Part shown: one piece after another, positions 12,761 through 26,004 of the stretch | How the letters are laid out: every line of letters begins with the position of its first letter | Position numbering within the stretch: position 1 is the first letter of the stretch | Assembly: GCF_006345805.1 (NCBI RefSeq) | Contig: NC_043016.1 | Span: forward strand, 1,116,001 to 1,180,000 | Direction: 5' to 3' | Source: Octopus sinensis | Taxonomy: Eukaryota | Length of the DNA: 64,000 nt | The notes under the pieces: model-generated | The model's database searches: none | Seen by the model: only the letters and a program-made list of their open reading frames with translations | What the model was told of the DNA's origin: nothing | Program-made: the position numbers and the translations under genes

Positions 12761-14539
12761 AACTAACGTCGCAAGACCATTCACCATCGCCGCGATCAAA
12801 GACATTAACTTTCCCCCCACTCCCTACACCACTTGTCGATGATAAAAGGACGGAGAAAGGAATTTCAAAAACGAATACAGACGAAAACATGAATGTCAGC
12901 ACCACCACTATCACTACCCACAACAACAACAACAACAACAAAATCAGCACAAAGCCGCCTACCAAAGACAACACCGCCAACACCAACACCACTACCACGA
13001 CTTCAACTGCTACAACTAACCCTTCTGCTGCTAACACCGCCAAAATAAAAACAAATTTCGCAGATGCGACACAACAAAAACGAACAATCGTAAAATTCAC
13101 CACACAGGAAATAAACCTCACAAAAGCACTCTTCACCAAAGAAGGAGATAAATTGCATCTTCACATTCCACAACACATCGTGGAAAACACACAAAAAAAC
13201 AATAATCTATAAAGTCATCAACAAGAAAACAAGACGACCAGAAAAAGCACCGCAGGAAAAAATTGAAAAATGCCTTCGTCCTGCATGGGACTCCAAGGAA
13301 TATATCAGTTGGAGAAATAAATTTGGTACAGTCCAATTACGTTTCCCCAACGAAAATTTAGCCAAACGTTTTTCCACATTGGAGCTGCATTCAGACGACT
13401 TGGTAATGATACCAATCTATTTAAACCAGAGAGTCACGAAAGTCCAAATAAGAAATGTACCCCCTGAAGTCGAAACACAATGGTTAGTCTCTGCCATCTG
13501 CTTTGAAATGGCAGAGACAATGTCAGAGACAAACATCCTTGAAATCACTGTTCTAGGACAGAAAGACTATGTGGGAAAATCAATTGAATTCCTTCTTCAA
13601 TTGGATGAAGCAGCAAGAGAAATGATACCCACCACTATAGAACTGCCAGGAGGCTACAAACTTTATGTTGTGGTAGAGGGCAGGCGACCACGCTGCTATT
13701 TGTGCGGAAGCGAAACACACTTGAAAAAGACGTGCCCAACCACTGCACACCAAGAGCAACAACAACAACCACTACCACAACCAAAGCACTCCGGAAAAAA
13801 ACCTCTACTACCCACACCACCATCAACACAGAAGACGACAAGAGAAACACACCAAGCTAATCCGTCATCAACCAAAAACCACTCAACACCTGAAAAAATA
13901 CCAACACCACCAACAACAGCAAGAACCAAAGGAACAGAAAAACAAAGAAAACACACAAAAACTGATTCTCCATCCCTTATACCGCACTCACCACACGCAA
14001 ACACTCAACAACCAACAGCAACGAAAACAACAGCACAACCACTTACACAGACATACATAGAAGCCTACAACATACCCCTACCCCCTACTGATTCCTCATA
14101 AATTTCGTCGGAAGACGAAACCAGTGAGGAATGGCAAATAGCTACAAAAAGAAGGAAATAAAGAGCCGAAACACAACCAGACCATGCAAAACACAACAAA
14201 GCAGGGGGAAATACATCTCCCGAAGACATTCAAAACCCAACACAAACAACAGCCACGCCAACACCACAAAAATATATACAGCAAACATGCTCACAGTTAT
14301 AGACACCAAAAACACAAATTTGATGGAATACATCCAATCAAAAACAAACATAACAGAAGATGACATAAAAACAAACAATCACCCATACACAACACCACCA
14401 GACCACATCAAAATATTACACATCTCTAAACACAACCAGTGCGGTTGGTAAATGCCAAAAATATCTCACAAAAAAACTTTACTGGGATCTTCTCGAGGAC
14501 AAACCAAAGGAGGAGAAAGCAAAAACTTTCGAGCAGTAA
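12621..14539 (+). pseudogene. ORF1 of copy C, frameshifted
   Basis: MATRNH start, CYLCGSETHLKKTC knuckle, conserved C-terminal domain. Confidence 0.85.
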
Positions 14540-14583
14540 GTAACCCTCTGTTCCATTCACTCGTATTCTAATTCATTAGGATT

Positions 14584-17500
14584 ATGATCAAGATTGGTTG
14601 TGTAAATCGCGTGGCTTGGGGTCCCCTTGGAAACAAGGGTACCTCTTAAATGACATAAAGTCACATAAGTTAGAAATCATAGCCATAAGTGAGACCAGAC
14701 TCCACAATCCGCTGGCCCTAAAGACCATGTCTGGCGGACAGTTCAACATTTATTTTCCCCCCTGTCTGCCAAGAATGGGCGGTAGTGGCACCGCGGTACT
14801 TTTTCGCAAGTGTCTGGATATCAAAGTAAAGACAATATTCGTAGAACCGGAGGGTAGACTGGTCGTCCTGGATGTCGACAGCAGCAATGGGTGCGCTTTT
14901 CGACGCGTATCAGTCAACGCACCGCCCTTAACAGGTCGGGCGGATTTCTTTCAACGTCTAGACGTATTCTTGGGAACGTCTCGTCCTTTACTCTTAGTGG
15001 GGGATTGGAATGCTACCTTGGACACGCATGTAGACTACGTGGGTAGAGATAGGAATAGACGGGGATGCAAATGCCTCAGAGACCTGCTCAGTCGCTTTCA
15101 ACTGTCTGACAGGTTCCGACTAGACCACCCGATTGCACCAACGTGGACATGGAGCAACCGCATCGGGTCGTCGAGATCGTATCTAGATAGGATACTGTGT
15201 AGGACAATAGACAGAGATAGCATAGGATGTCCACAATTCCACATAGTCAGCTACACGGATCACAAACTTGTGACATGTACGCTAGACTTAGGTAAGACAC
15301 TTAGGCAGGGTCCCGGATACTGGAAACTAAACGCGTCTTTCCCATCGAGACAGGTTTTCAGAGACCGGATTAGCACACTAGTAAAGAGGGCTTTGACGGG
15401 AGCCATCATCAACAACAAATGGTGGTTTGCCCTCAAGAGAGCAGTAAAAGCAGAAGCGATTAGGTACAGCAAAGCACTAGCCATAGATAGAAAAAGAGTA
15501 GAGGGTGAGCTAGTTAAGAAGCTAGAAGAGGCAATTAGAAGCGGCATCGCATCCGACGTTTTGGCGGCGAGGTTGGCCCTCGACCAACACTTCAACGCCT
15601 AACACGAAGGATGTGCTGTCAGAGCTAGGATGCGTGCTCTAAGGAAGGAAGGTGTTGGAGCCGCGAGAGAGGCCCGGGTGGCAGAGGCGCAACAGGGCAA
15701 CAAAGTCACCATTCGGTCCCTGGTAGATGAACAGGGGTGGAAATTGCTCGAGCCAAGTAAAAAGTGTGAGGCCTTTCAACAGCATTTTGTCCGACTGTTC
15801 GGAACGAGTGGCGGGCAAGAACGTAGGGTGGACTTCAGTGCCTACCTACATAGCCTACCACGACTCTCGACAAGAGAGGCAGGGTGCTGCGAAGGTGCCA
15901 TCACGGCGGCGGAAGTGCAGGACGCGATGGCAGAATGCTCGAGGGACAAATCACTGGGTTTCGATGGTCTACCCTATGAGCTTTACAATTGTATACCAGA
16001 CTTGTTTGAAGATGTCTTGGCGGCGGTGTGCTGCAACTGGCAGCAAAACGGGAGCATTCCTGGTTTTGTGAGTCGAGGAGCCGTATCACTGCTGAAGAAA
16101 TATCTAAACAAGGGAAATTTAATAGATAACTTTAGGCCCATCAATCTGCTTAATGCAGACTTGCAAATTTTGGCCAAGGGGCTAGCCAAGAGTTTGGCGC
16201 TTGTAATCGAGAAACTGGTCGACAAGGCGCAAACGTGCGCCGTGCCGGGCCGGACCATCCATGACAACCTCCACCTGATACGCTACATCATAGACAGGGT
16301 AGTTAACGAACCTGGCATGGGTGGGGCGCTGATCAATTTAGATCAATCGAAAGCTTTCGATAGGTTAGACCATCGATACTTGGAGGCAGTCCTCAGAGCG
16401 GCTGGCTTCGGTCCCGTCTTCCGCGGCTGGATAGCCGCTTTATACAGAGGCATCCGTTCGGTAATTCGCGTAAATGGACATCTATCGACACCCTTCGACA
16501 TCGCACGTTCGGTCCGTCAGGGATGCCCCCTCTCGTCGCTTCTATAGGTATTGACTCTCGAGCCATTATTGCGGAAGCTGGCAACTTTGAGGGGCATCCC
16601 GCGAGAATTGGGATGCGGGACGAGCGTGTCTGCATACGCGGACGACGTCACCGTCATAGTGTCTAGCCACGAGCACATCGAGCAGGTCGGCGAGACACTG
16701 AAAAACAACGAAGCGGCGACAGGAGCGAAAATCAACCGGGAAAAGTCAGTGGGCTTGCGACTAGGCACCTGGAGAAGCAAGCCCATGCCGTCCACCAGCG
16801 CCTCCCTCGTGGGTCGCTGGACCGACGGTCCGCTTGAGTTGCTCGGGGTCTGGTTCGGTCCGGACCTCCAAGTGGAGAAGAACTGGAACGAGATAACGAG
16901 TAGGGTGGTCACTCTCGCACGGCAGTGGGCCGAGAGGAATCTGTCGCTAAAAGGTCGGGCGGAGGTGGCGAACACGTACATCGCGTCCGTCATCTACTAC
17001 CGCCTGACCGTCGTGCCTTGTCCCGATCCTAGCATCACCAAACTAGAACGCATTCTCTTCCGCTTCTTGTGGAAAGGATGCGTCCCGATGGTCAGGCGAT
17101 CCATTTGCTGTCAACACCCGTTAAAAGGACTGGTTGCGCAGACACGCGCTGAGACTGCGACATCTCCGGCTCTATCTAGACGACGGTGAACAGGTGTGGT
17201 CGCCGTTTATGAGGCACGCTTTCCCGCAGCTCGTCTCCATGACCAAACTGCAGTCGTGGATCAAAAAGAGGCCGAGGAAGGGCGAATGGCACCGCGAGTG
17301 TCGCGTTGCTCTCAAGCAACTCTACCGTCCTGGGTCGACCTTCAGTGACTTCATCACAACCAAAGCATTATATAGGGGATTAGTGGAGGGGAGGTACGAC
17401 GACGAGCTCGGGGCGAACCTGGACGTCGACGAGGAGTACCTGACCCGCCTTTTCGGGATAACTTTCGGGCCAGGGCCCATGGACAACTTCCAGAGATCCC

Positions 17501-18002
17501 TGGCCTGGCAGTGCTACCGAGAAGCGCTACCCGTTCGGGATAAGCTCTACAGACACGGCTCGAGGAACACGGGGCCGACCTGCTCGAGATGCGGTCAGAG
17601 CGACGAAACCGTTCTGCACGCACTCGTGCAGTGTCCAACAATTTCCGACCTGTGGGCTTATGTCGAACAACTGCTGTCACGTGTGGGACGAGTCGGTTTA
17701 TCAGCTGAGTCTATCGTCAATGTTGTCAGGCCTCCTTCCTTTAAAATGGGAAGGAAGAGCTATTTTCATCATCCTTGTGGCTATGGCGAAAGAATGTATC
17801 TAGTGGACGCGTCTGAAAGGATTGGTGACAAACACTTTCCTCTCTGGTCAATCTCTCATCAACTTCTTCAAGTACCACTTGAAAAGGAAAGTGAGAGTAG
17901 AGAGGCAAGTTTTGTCTAGCGAATGTTTTAAAAAAAGATGGGTGTGAATGTAGCAAGGATGACACGTATGAATGTCGAAGCACATTGAGCATAATCCTAT
18001 GA
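14584..18002 (+). pseudogene. ORF2 of copy C, disrupted
   Basis: Same APE, RT and zinc-finger motifs as copy A, with stops and frameshifts. Confidence 0.9.
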
Positions 18003-18423
18003 ACCCAGAAATGAAAACAGAGGGTTACCCACTTGAAACAAATGTGGTAACATATATAACAATATTGACCAAGGTTACCGTGGTCTTTTTCGTAGGCTTT
18101 TCTTTCCACGGATAAACCTTACTTGCTTTCCCCTTTACACCATATATCATAACACTGTGATACACGATCCCTATTGATCGTTTTTTTTTCCTCTTCCCCT
18201 TTTTTCTTCTTTTTTCATTTCTCTTTTCTTTTGTTCCTTTTCTTCTTTTTTTTATTTATTTTATTTTATTTATTCATTTTATTTTATTTTATTTTTTTTT
18301 GTTCTTCTTTTTCCCTTTTACGATCCCTTTTGATCGAAAACCTACGCCACCTTTTTTTTTGCTTCTTTCGTTTTCTGTTTTTTTCATCCCCCAAAAGAAA
18401 CTTGTCCCATCTGTGTGCAGCCC

Positions 18424-18518
18424 TGTGTGGCCAATAAAGAAACTTATCTATCTTTCTATCTATCTATCTATCTATCTCTGGACAGACAGACGCAAGTCTG
18501 TGTGGCCAATAAAGAAAC

Positions 18519-18550
<32 letters not shown>

Positions 18551-18573
18551 TTCTGGACAGACAGACGCAAGTC
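18424..18573 (+). repeat. 75-bp tandem duplication spanning the C 3' end, TATC and the D 5' start
   Basis: Units 18424-18498 and 18499-18573. Confidence 0.9.
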
Positions 18574-21500
18574 AAATGGGCTCCAACTAAGTTGGTCATT
18601 CTGTACGTTCAAAAGTGTTTATTGTTAAATATTTTGTGTTTAAAAGTTGTTCAACAACATCCACTGCAAACCTCGACTAATATCTACACAAAATTTCGCC
18701 CTTTGTGGGCAAAATTAAAAAAATTCTCGTAGGCCTCGTGTTGTATTTTAGCCATTTTTATTTTCAAAAATGGCTACTGGTCACCACGAGGCTGAGGCGC
18801 AACTGAAGCGTGACGCCAAAACAAAAAAGCATGATTTCCTGTCACCACGCGCTGAACTTGACTGTTTGAACGATACATACACCACGACCACCACCACCAT
18901 CAGCATCGACAACAGCAACAACTACAAAACAAAGGCCGCAAGGCCAAGCACCGTCTCCGCCACCAATGATTCCACCATCAACACCGACACCACCACCATG
19001 GCAGCTTCTGCTACCACAACTGCTACCTCTGCTAACAACAACAATAACAATACCAAGATCGCCGCCACCAAAGACCGTGCCGTCAATACGAATGCCGCCA
19101 CTACAATGTCTGCTATTACGACTGCCTCCTTTGCTACTAACACCATCGCCGCCACCAAGAACGACAATATCAACAACAACAACAACAACAATACCCTTCA
19201 GCCATTGTTCCCTCCACCACCAACAAGTGAAGGAGAGAAAGAAATTGCCGAAATTTGCTCAAACACAGGGGCAAATTATGCCGAAAATTTTCCTCCCCTT
19301 TCTAATTGCATAATCAGCAACCATACCCACATACCCACAACCACCACCTCCACCACCACCACCAACATAAATGATAAAAATGAAAAAAACGCAAATACAA
19401 TTAACAAAGACAACAAGAACAACAACAAAAATTAGATATAGCAAGATATAAATTAGATATAAGCCGTAGATAGAAATAAAGTGGAGGGTGAGTTAGTTAA
19501 GAAGTTAGAAGACGCAATAAGAAGCGGTATCACATCCGACGTTTTAGCGGCGAGGTTGGCCCTTGACCAACACTTCAACGCCAAACACGAAGGGTGCGCT
19601 GTCAGGGCTAGGATGCGTGCTCTAAGGATGGAAGGTGTTGGAGCCGCGAAGGAGGCCCGGGGGAGGCCCGGGGGAGGCCCGGGGGGCGGAGGCGCAGCAG
19701 GGCAACAAAGTCACCATTCGGTCTCTGGTAGATGAACAGGGGCGCGAATTGCTCGATCCCAGCAAGATATGCGATACATTTCAGCGGCACTTTACCCGAC
19801 TGTTCGGGACGAGTGGCGAGCGTGAACGCAGGGTGGACTTCAGTGCCTAACTGCACAGCCTACCACGACTCTCAGCAAGAGAGGCAGAGTGCTGCGAAGG
19901 TGCCATCACGGCGGCGGATGTGCGGGACGCGATGGCAGAATGCTCGAGGGACAAATCGCTGAGTTTGGATGGTCTGCCCTACGAGTTTTACAATTGTATG
20001 CCAGACTTGTTTGGAGACGTCTTGGCAGCGGTATACTGCAACTGGCAGCAAAACGGGAGCATACCCGGTTTTGTGAGTCGAGGAGCCGTAACGCTGCTGA
20101 AGAAAGATCCAAACAAGGGGAACATTATAGATAACTTTAGACCAATCACTCTGCTCCATGCAGACCTGAAAATTTTGACAAAGGTGTTAGCCAAGAGGTT
20201 GGCGCTTGTCATCGAGAAACTGGTCGACAACGCACAAACATGCGCCGTTCCGGGCCGGATAATCCATGACAACCTCCATCTGATGCGCTACATCATAGAC
20301 AAAGTAGTTAACGAACCTGGCATGGGTGGGGCCCTGATCAACTTGGATCAATCGAAAGCTTTCGATAGGGTAGACCATCGATACTTGGATGCAGTCCTTA
20401 GAGCGGCTGGTTTCGATCCCGTCTTCCGCGGCTGGATAGCTGCTTTATACAGAGGCATCCGTTCGGTAATTCGCGTAAATGGACATCTATCGAGACCTTT
20501 CGACATTGCACGTTCGGTCCGTCAGAGATGCACCCTCTCGGCGCTTCTACGTATTGACTCTTGAGCCACTACTGCGGAAGCTGGCGACTCTGAGGGGCAA
20601 CCCGCGAGAATTGGGATGCGGGACGAGCGTGTCTGCATACGCGAACGACGTCACCGTCATAGTGTCAAGCCACGAGCACATCGAGCGGGTCGGCGAGACA
20701 CTGAAAGACTACGAAACGGTGACAGGAGCGAAAATCAACCGGGAAAAGTCAGTGGGCTTGCGGCTCGGCACCTGGAGACGCAAGCCCATGCCGACCACCA
20801 GTACCTCCGTCGTGGGACGCTGGACGGACGGCCCGGTTGAGTTGCTCGGGGTCTGGTTCGGTCCGGACCTCCAAGTGGAGAAGAACTGGAACGAGATAAC
20901 GAGTAGGGTGGTCACTCTCGCACGGCAGTGGGCCGAGAGGAAACTGTCTCTAAAAGGTCGGGCGGAGGTGGCGAACACGTACATCGCGTCCGTCATCTAC
21001 TACCGCCTGACCGTCGTGCCTTGTCCCGACCCTACCATCACCAAACTAGAGCGCATTCTCTTCCGCTTCTTGTGGAAAGGATGCGTCCCGATGATCAGGC
21101 GATCCATTTGCTGTCAACACCCGTTAAAAGGAGGGCTGGGCATGCCGTGGTTGATGATGCGCAGACACGCGCTGAGACTGCGACATCTCCGGCTCTATGT
21201 AGACGACGGTGAACAGGTGTGGTCGCCATTTGTGAGGCACGCGTTCCCGCAGCTCGTCTCCATGACCGAACTGCAGTTGTGGATCAAAAAGAGGCCGAGG
21301 AAGGGCGAATGGCACCGCGAGTGTCGCGTTGCTCTCAAGCAACTCTGCCGTCCCGGGTCGACCTTGAGTGACTTCAACACAACCAAAGCATTCTATAGGG
21401 GATTAGTGGAGGGGAGGTACGATGACGATCTTGGGGCAAACCTTTGCGTCGACGAGTAATACCTGACCCGCCTGTTTGAAACGACTTTCGGGCCTGGATC

Positions 21501-22364
21501 TATGGACAACTTCCAGAGATCCCTGGCCTGGCGGTGCTACCGAGAAGCGCTACCCGTTCGGGGGGCTCTCTATAGGCATGGCTCGAGAAACACGGGGCCG
21601 ACTGCCCGAGATGCGGGCAGAGCGACGAAACCGCTCTGCACGCAATCGTGCAGTGTCCAGCAATTTCCGACCTGTGGGCTTATGTCGAACGACTGCTGTC
21701 ACGTGTGGGACGAGTCGGTTTATCAGCCGAGTCTATCGTTAATATCGCCACGCCTCCTTCCTTCAAACGGAAGGAAGAGCTATTTTTATCATACTTGTGG
21801 CTATGGCGAAAGAATGTATCTGGTGGACGCGCCTGAAAGGATTAGAGAAAACACACTTCCTCTCTGGTCAATCTCATCAACTTCTTCAAATATCACTTGA
21901 TGAGGAAAGTGAGAGAAGAGAGGCAAGTTTTGTCTAGTGAATGTTTTAAAAAAAAATGGGTCAATGTAGCAAGGATGGCACGTATGAATGACTGTGATTC
22001 TATGAACCGTAAAAATTAATACAGAGAGTTGCTTATTTGCAAAAAAAAAAAAGAAATATAACATGACTTCATTGACCGAGGTTACCGTGGTCTTTTCCGT
22101 AGGCCTTTCTTTCCACGGGTAAACATCACCTGTCCTCCCCTTTACACTTCATATTGATATTTGTGTGATAACGATTCCTATTGATCAATTTTTTTCATTT
22201 CCCTTCCCCACCTTTTTTTAAAAATTTTATTCCCCCCTTTTTTGTCCTCTTTACGATCCCTTTTGATCGAAAACCTACGCCACCTTTTTTTACCCCCAAA
22301 AGAAAAGCTCTACCTTGTAATTTATCCTGTCTGTGTGCAGCCCTGTGTGTCTAATAAAGAAACA
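18553..22364 (+). mobile_element. Tx1-like LINE copy D with a large internal deletion
   Basis: 5' UTR and ORF1 N-terminus (18770-19435) join directly to mid-ORF2 at ~19462. ORF2 stop at 22005, 3' end AATAAAGAAACA|TATC. Confidence 0.9.
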
Positions 22365-22459
<95 letters not shown>

Positions 22460-22460
22460 A
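22365..22460 (+). repeat. (TATC)n, right boundary of array 1
   Basis: TATC repeat followed by unique sequence. Confidence 0.96.
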
Positions 22461-23065
22461 CTTGTATGCATTTGTCCAAGTGTATGTAATTATAAATCAC
22501 ATTGATGATTAAAAATATGTCCTATCTGTAAAAGTTAAAGTTTTGTAAGCAGTAATTAAGTTCGTTTAAGTAAAAATAGAGGACCCATTTTTGTTGTTTT
22601 TTAATATATGAAGATGAAAAAGAGTTATTGCAAATAAGAGGCGACAACTGCTCAAGACAATCAGCTTTGTGTAATCATGTTAGATGTGATCAAACTACTA
22701 AGGTCTGAACTCGTTACCCGGCTTAATCCCACCACGTACAATAATGGCTGCCTTAGCGAAGTCCGTTGTGTGGTAAACATTCGGATGAAACTTCCGTTTT
22801 GTATGTAACTTCTTCCACTAATCTCTAATGCTCTGTATAAAGTTGCAGGTGCTGCTTTACCCCCTGACAAAAAAATTACCAAACTGGTGGGACCTAGATA
22901 TTGTAGACTGATATTTATGGTATTTGAGAAAGCACCAAGAGTCCTTCTAATCTTTTGGTTATTTAGGTTGTTGTTGTTGTTGTTGTTGTTGTGGTGGTGG
23001 TGGTGGTGGTGGTGATATTGGTCATAGCGTTGGCAATCGAGGTAGTTATATTGAGGGTTTTGGAA

Positions 23066-23453
23066 GGCGGCAAGCTGACAGAAACGTTAGCACGCCGGGC
23101 GAAATGCGATACGTTCCGAATTCAAATTCCGCCGAGGTCGACTTTGCCTTTCATCCTTTCGGGGTCGATAAATTAAGTACCAGTTACGCACTGGGGTCGA
23201 TGTAATCGACTTAATCTGTTTGTCCTTGTTTGTCCTCTCTGTGTTTAGCCCTTGTGGGTTGTAAAGAAATAGGTATTTCGTCTGTCGTTGCGTTCCGAGT
23301 TCAAATTCCGCCGAGGTCGACTTTGCCTTTCATCCTTTCGGGGTCGATAAATTAAGTACCAGTTACGCACTGGGGTCGATGTAATCAACTTAATCTGTTT
23401 GTCCTTGTTTGTTCTCTCTGCGTTTAGCCCCTTGTGGATAGTAAAGAAATAGG
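23066..23453 (+). mobile_element. SINE-like repeat (GGCGGC..CAGAA head) with a tandem partial second copy
   Basis: Body GAGTTCAAATTCCGCCGAGGTCGACTTTGCC... occurs twice (second copy from ~23272). Related fragments lie at 26780-26960, 27770-27893 and 52790-52880. Confidence 0.75.
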
Positions 23454-23852
23454 CTATTTAGGTTAAATTGTCACAGACGAACAAGTCGACCTTCATATGG
23501 AATAAAGGAAACGCTTACAAAGTCAGGTTCAGTTTTGTTAAAATGACAAATAGCTTGCTGAAACTGTCGAAAAATAAAATTAAAATCTTTAATTTCATCG
23601 TAAACATTTCATTCAAATGTTAAAAAAAAAAGATCGAAATTAGTATTATTTCTTTTGTAAACACGAACAAAAATAATAAATAAATATTAGCTTCATTACA
23701 TCGCCTGTAACAAGTCGACAGTGTTGTTATCGATGATGTTGCTGATGTTGTTAAGATTGTTGCTATTGCTGTTGTTGTTACTATAATTTTTAATGTTGTT
23801 TTTGTGAAGGCTTTGCTATTGCTGCTGCTGCTGTTGTTAGTGTTGTTGCTAT

Positions 23853-24569
23853 CTCTCTTTTACAATCTCTCGAACAAGCCTCAAATTGTGTAGGTCTTTA
23901 CCTCAATGAGGCCAAGACTGAATATGTAAACAAGTGCCTGTCCAACAGTGATTGCATCATCCATACTCTCAACAATGCACCCTTAAATATGGTTTCTGAT
24001 TACAAATATCTTGGGTCATACATATGATCATCTGGAAAAGATTTTCTAACTAGAAAGGGTATGGCCTGGTCAGCCTGTAATGACATGCATAAGATCTGGT
24101 CATCAAATCTAAGTAGAGACTTCAAACTCGAAATCTTCAAAGCCACAGTCGAACCAATTCTATTATATGGCTCAGAAACCTGGACGTTATCAAAGAAGCT
24201 TGAGAGGCGGTGGGATGGAACCTACACTTGCCTCATTATGAGAGCTCAAAATCTCTCGTGGAAGCGCCATCCAACCAAAATGCAAATATATGGGAAACTA
24301 CCACCTGTGTCATCTCTTGTGAAAGGTAGGAGAGTCCAGTTTGCTGGACATTGTTGTAGAGCTGAAAAAGAGGTAATTTCTACTCTTCTCCTCTGGAAGT
24401 CATCAACTCGCAATACCAGAGGGCGCACACCCTCCTACTCTGATGTAATCTCCAGGGATACAGGCATCCAGCAACAGGACCTCCGTAGTGCCATGATGGA
24501 CTGTGAAGTCTGGCGTAGCATGGTAAATTCCATTGTCTCGACCACGGTCGAATAATGATGATGATGATG
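23853..24569 (+). mobile_element. RTE-clade LINE, 5'-truncated, (TGA)n tail
   Basis: GLYLNEAKTEY, YKYLG and ILLYGSETWTL motifs. ORF 24061-24555 is followed by TGATGATG. Confidence 0.85.
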
Positions 24570-24791
24570 TTGTTGCTATTGTTGTTATTAATGTTGATGT
24601 TGTTATTGTTATCATACTATCATAGTTCTTGTTGTTCTTATTATTGCTGTTGTTAATATTATTGTTGCCTTTGTTGCTAATGTTTTTGTTGTGATTGTTA
24701 TTGCTGTTGCTGTCGGTGTTGCTTATCCACAGATGATCAATGACCAAAGGTGTCCCACTCCGTTTTTTTTTGTATACCAGACAGTATACCA

Positions 24792-25196
24792 GGCGCAGGA
24801 GTGGCTATGTGATAAGTAGCTTGTTTACCAACCACAGGGTTCCGGGTTCAGTCCCACTGCGTTGCACCTTTGGCAAGTGTCTTCTACTATAGCCTCGGGC
24901 CGACCAAAGCCTTGTGAGTGGATTTGGTAGACGGAAACTGTAAGAAGCCCGTCGTATATATGTATATATATGTGTGCGTGTGTGTGTTTGTTTGTCTGTG
25001 TTTGTCCCCCTAGCATTGCTTGAAAACCGATGCTGGTGTGTTTATGCCCCCGTTACCTAGCGGTTCGGCAAAAGAGACCGATAGAATAAGTACTGGGCTT
25101 ACAAAAGAATAAGCCCCGAGGTCGAGTTGCTCGATTAAAGGCGGTGCCCCAGCATGGCCGCAGTCAAATGACTGAAACAAGTAGAAAAAAAAAGAG
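24792..25196 (+). mobile_element. tRNA-derived SINE (GGCGCAGGAGTGGC head)
   Basis: A/B-box-like TGGCTATGTGA and GGTTCAGTCCC. Homologous copies at 45943-46327, 54094-54245, 62590-62805 and 63245-63465. Confidence 0.8.
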
Positions 25197-25927
25197 TGTG
25201 TCTAGGATACATTATCCAATGAGCCCTTCCCTTTTTTAAAAGCCAGATGTAATTTGGTCGTTATTTCTAGCATATGAAGCAATCAGTTAGAGGACTACTC
25301 CGCTGCTTCCTCGTTTCCTCTGTAACATGTTGTAGTCAAGCGAAAATTGCTTTGCATTAGACGCCATTTTATATGCTAAAAATTGATTGAAGACGTTGCA
25401 ACACAAGGGACATCTTAAAAAAAAATATCTTTTATCATGCTAGAAAATCTATTGAAAATGTAATCAATTAAGTCCCCTACAAGTTCTAGGACTTATAAGG
25501 CCACTAGGCCGATTTCCATTGCATATAAGTGACTGTGATTACAACATTTTCCTTGGACGGTACAGCTGAATGGATTAAAGCAAACGTAAGCAAGTGTTTT
25601 GCTCGAAAGTAGAACGCACTGCTTTGTCCAGGAATCATAACCATGATCTTGCGATCGTGAATACAACACCCCGAAGAGAAGTAAAGTAATAATTTTTTCT
25701 AAATTTTTCACTTTCCATGCGAAATGTCGGGTAATTTTTTCGCTTGATCATCAGTATGCCATAAAGTCAAAACAGTTTGAAAAGCAACGATGTAAGCTGC
25801 ACGCGCAAATACACACACACACGCACGAGCACACAAACACACACACACACATTTTTCAGCCAGTGCACACAAGAAATTGTGTACGAAAAAGGTCAAGTCA
25901 CCTAAATTAATTAATAATTGTATATCT

Positions 25928-25970
<43 letters not shown>

Positions 25971-26004
25971 ATGTGTCTGTGTGTGTGTGTGTGGTGGTGT
26001 GTGT

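Larger units (their letters stand above)
12403..18444 (+). mobile_element. Tx1-like LINE copy C, full length
   Basis: Starts GACATGGA like copy G. ORF1, ORF2, 3' end AATAAAGAAACT|TATC. Confidence 0.93.

Noticed and set aside
14530-14586. Splice-like GTAAGT...polypyrimidine...AG in the ORF1-ORF2 spacer that would fuse the ORFs in frame in C and G
   Set aside because: The intron would be only ~37-44 nt with the branch-like CTAAT too close to the AG, and copies B and E have no AG before the ATG. RNA-seq junction reads would be needed.
24792-24870. tRNA genes at SINE heads (also 26005)
   Set aside because: The heads run into SINE bodies and do not fold as complete cloverleaves by eye.
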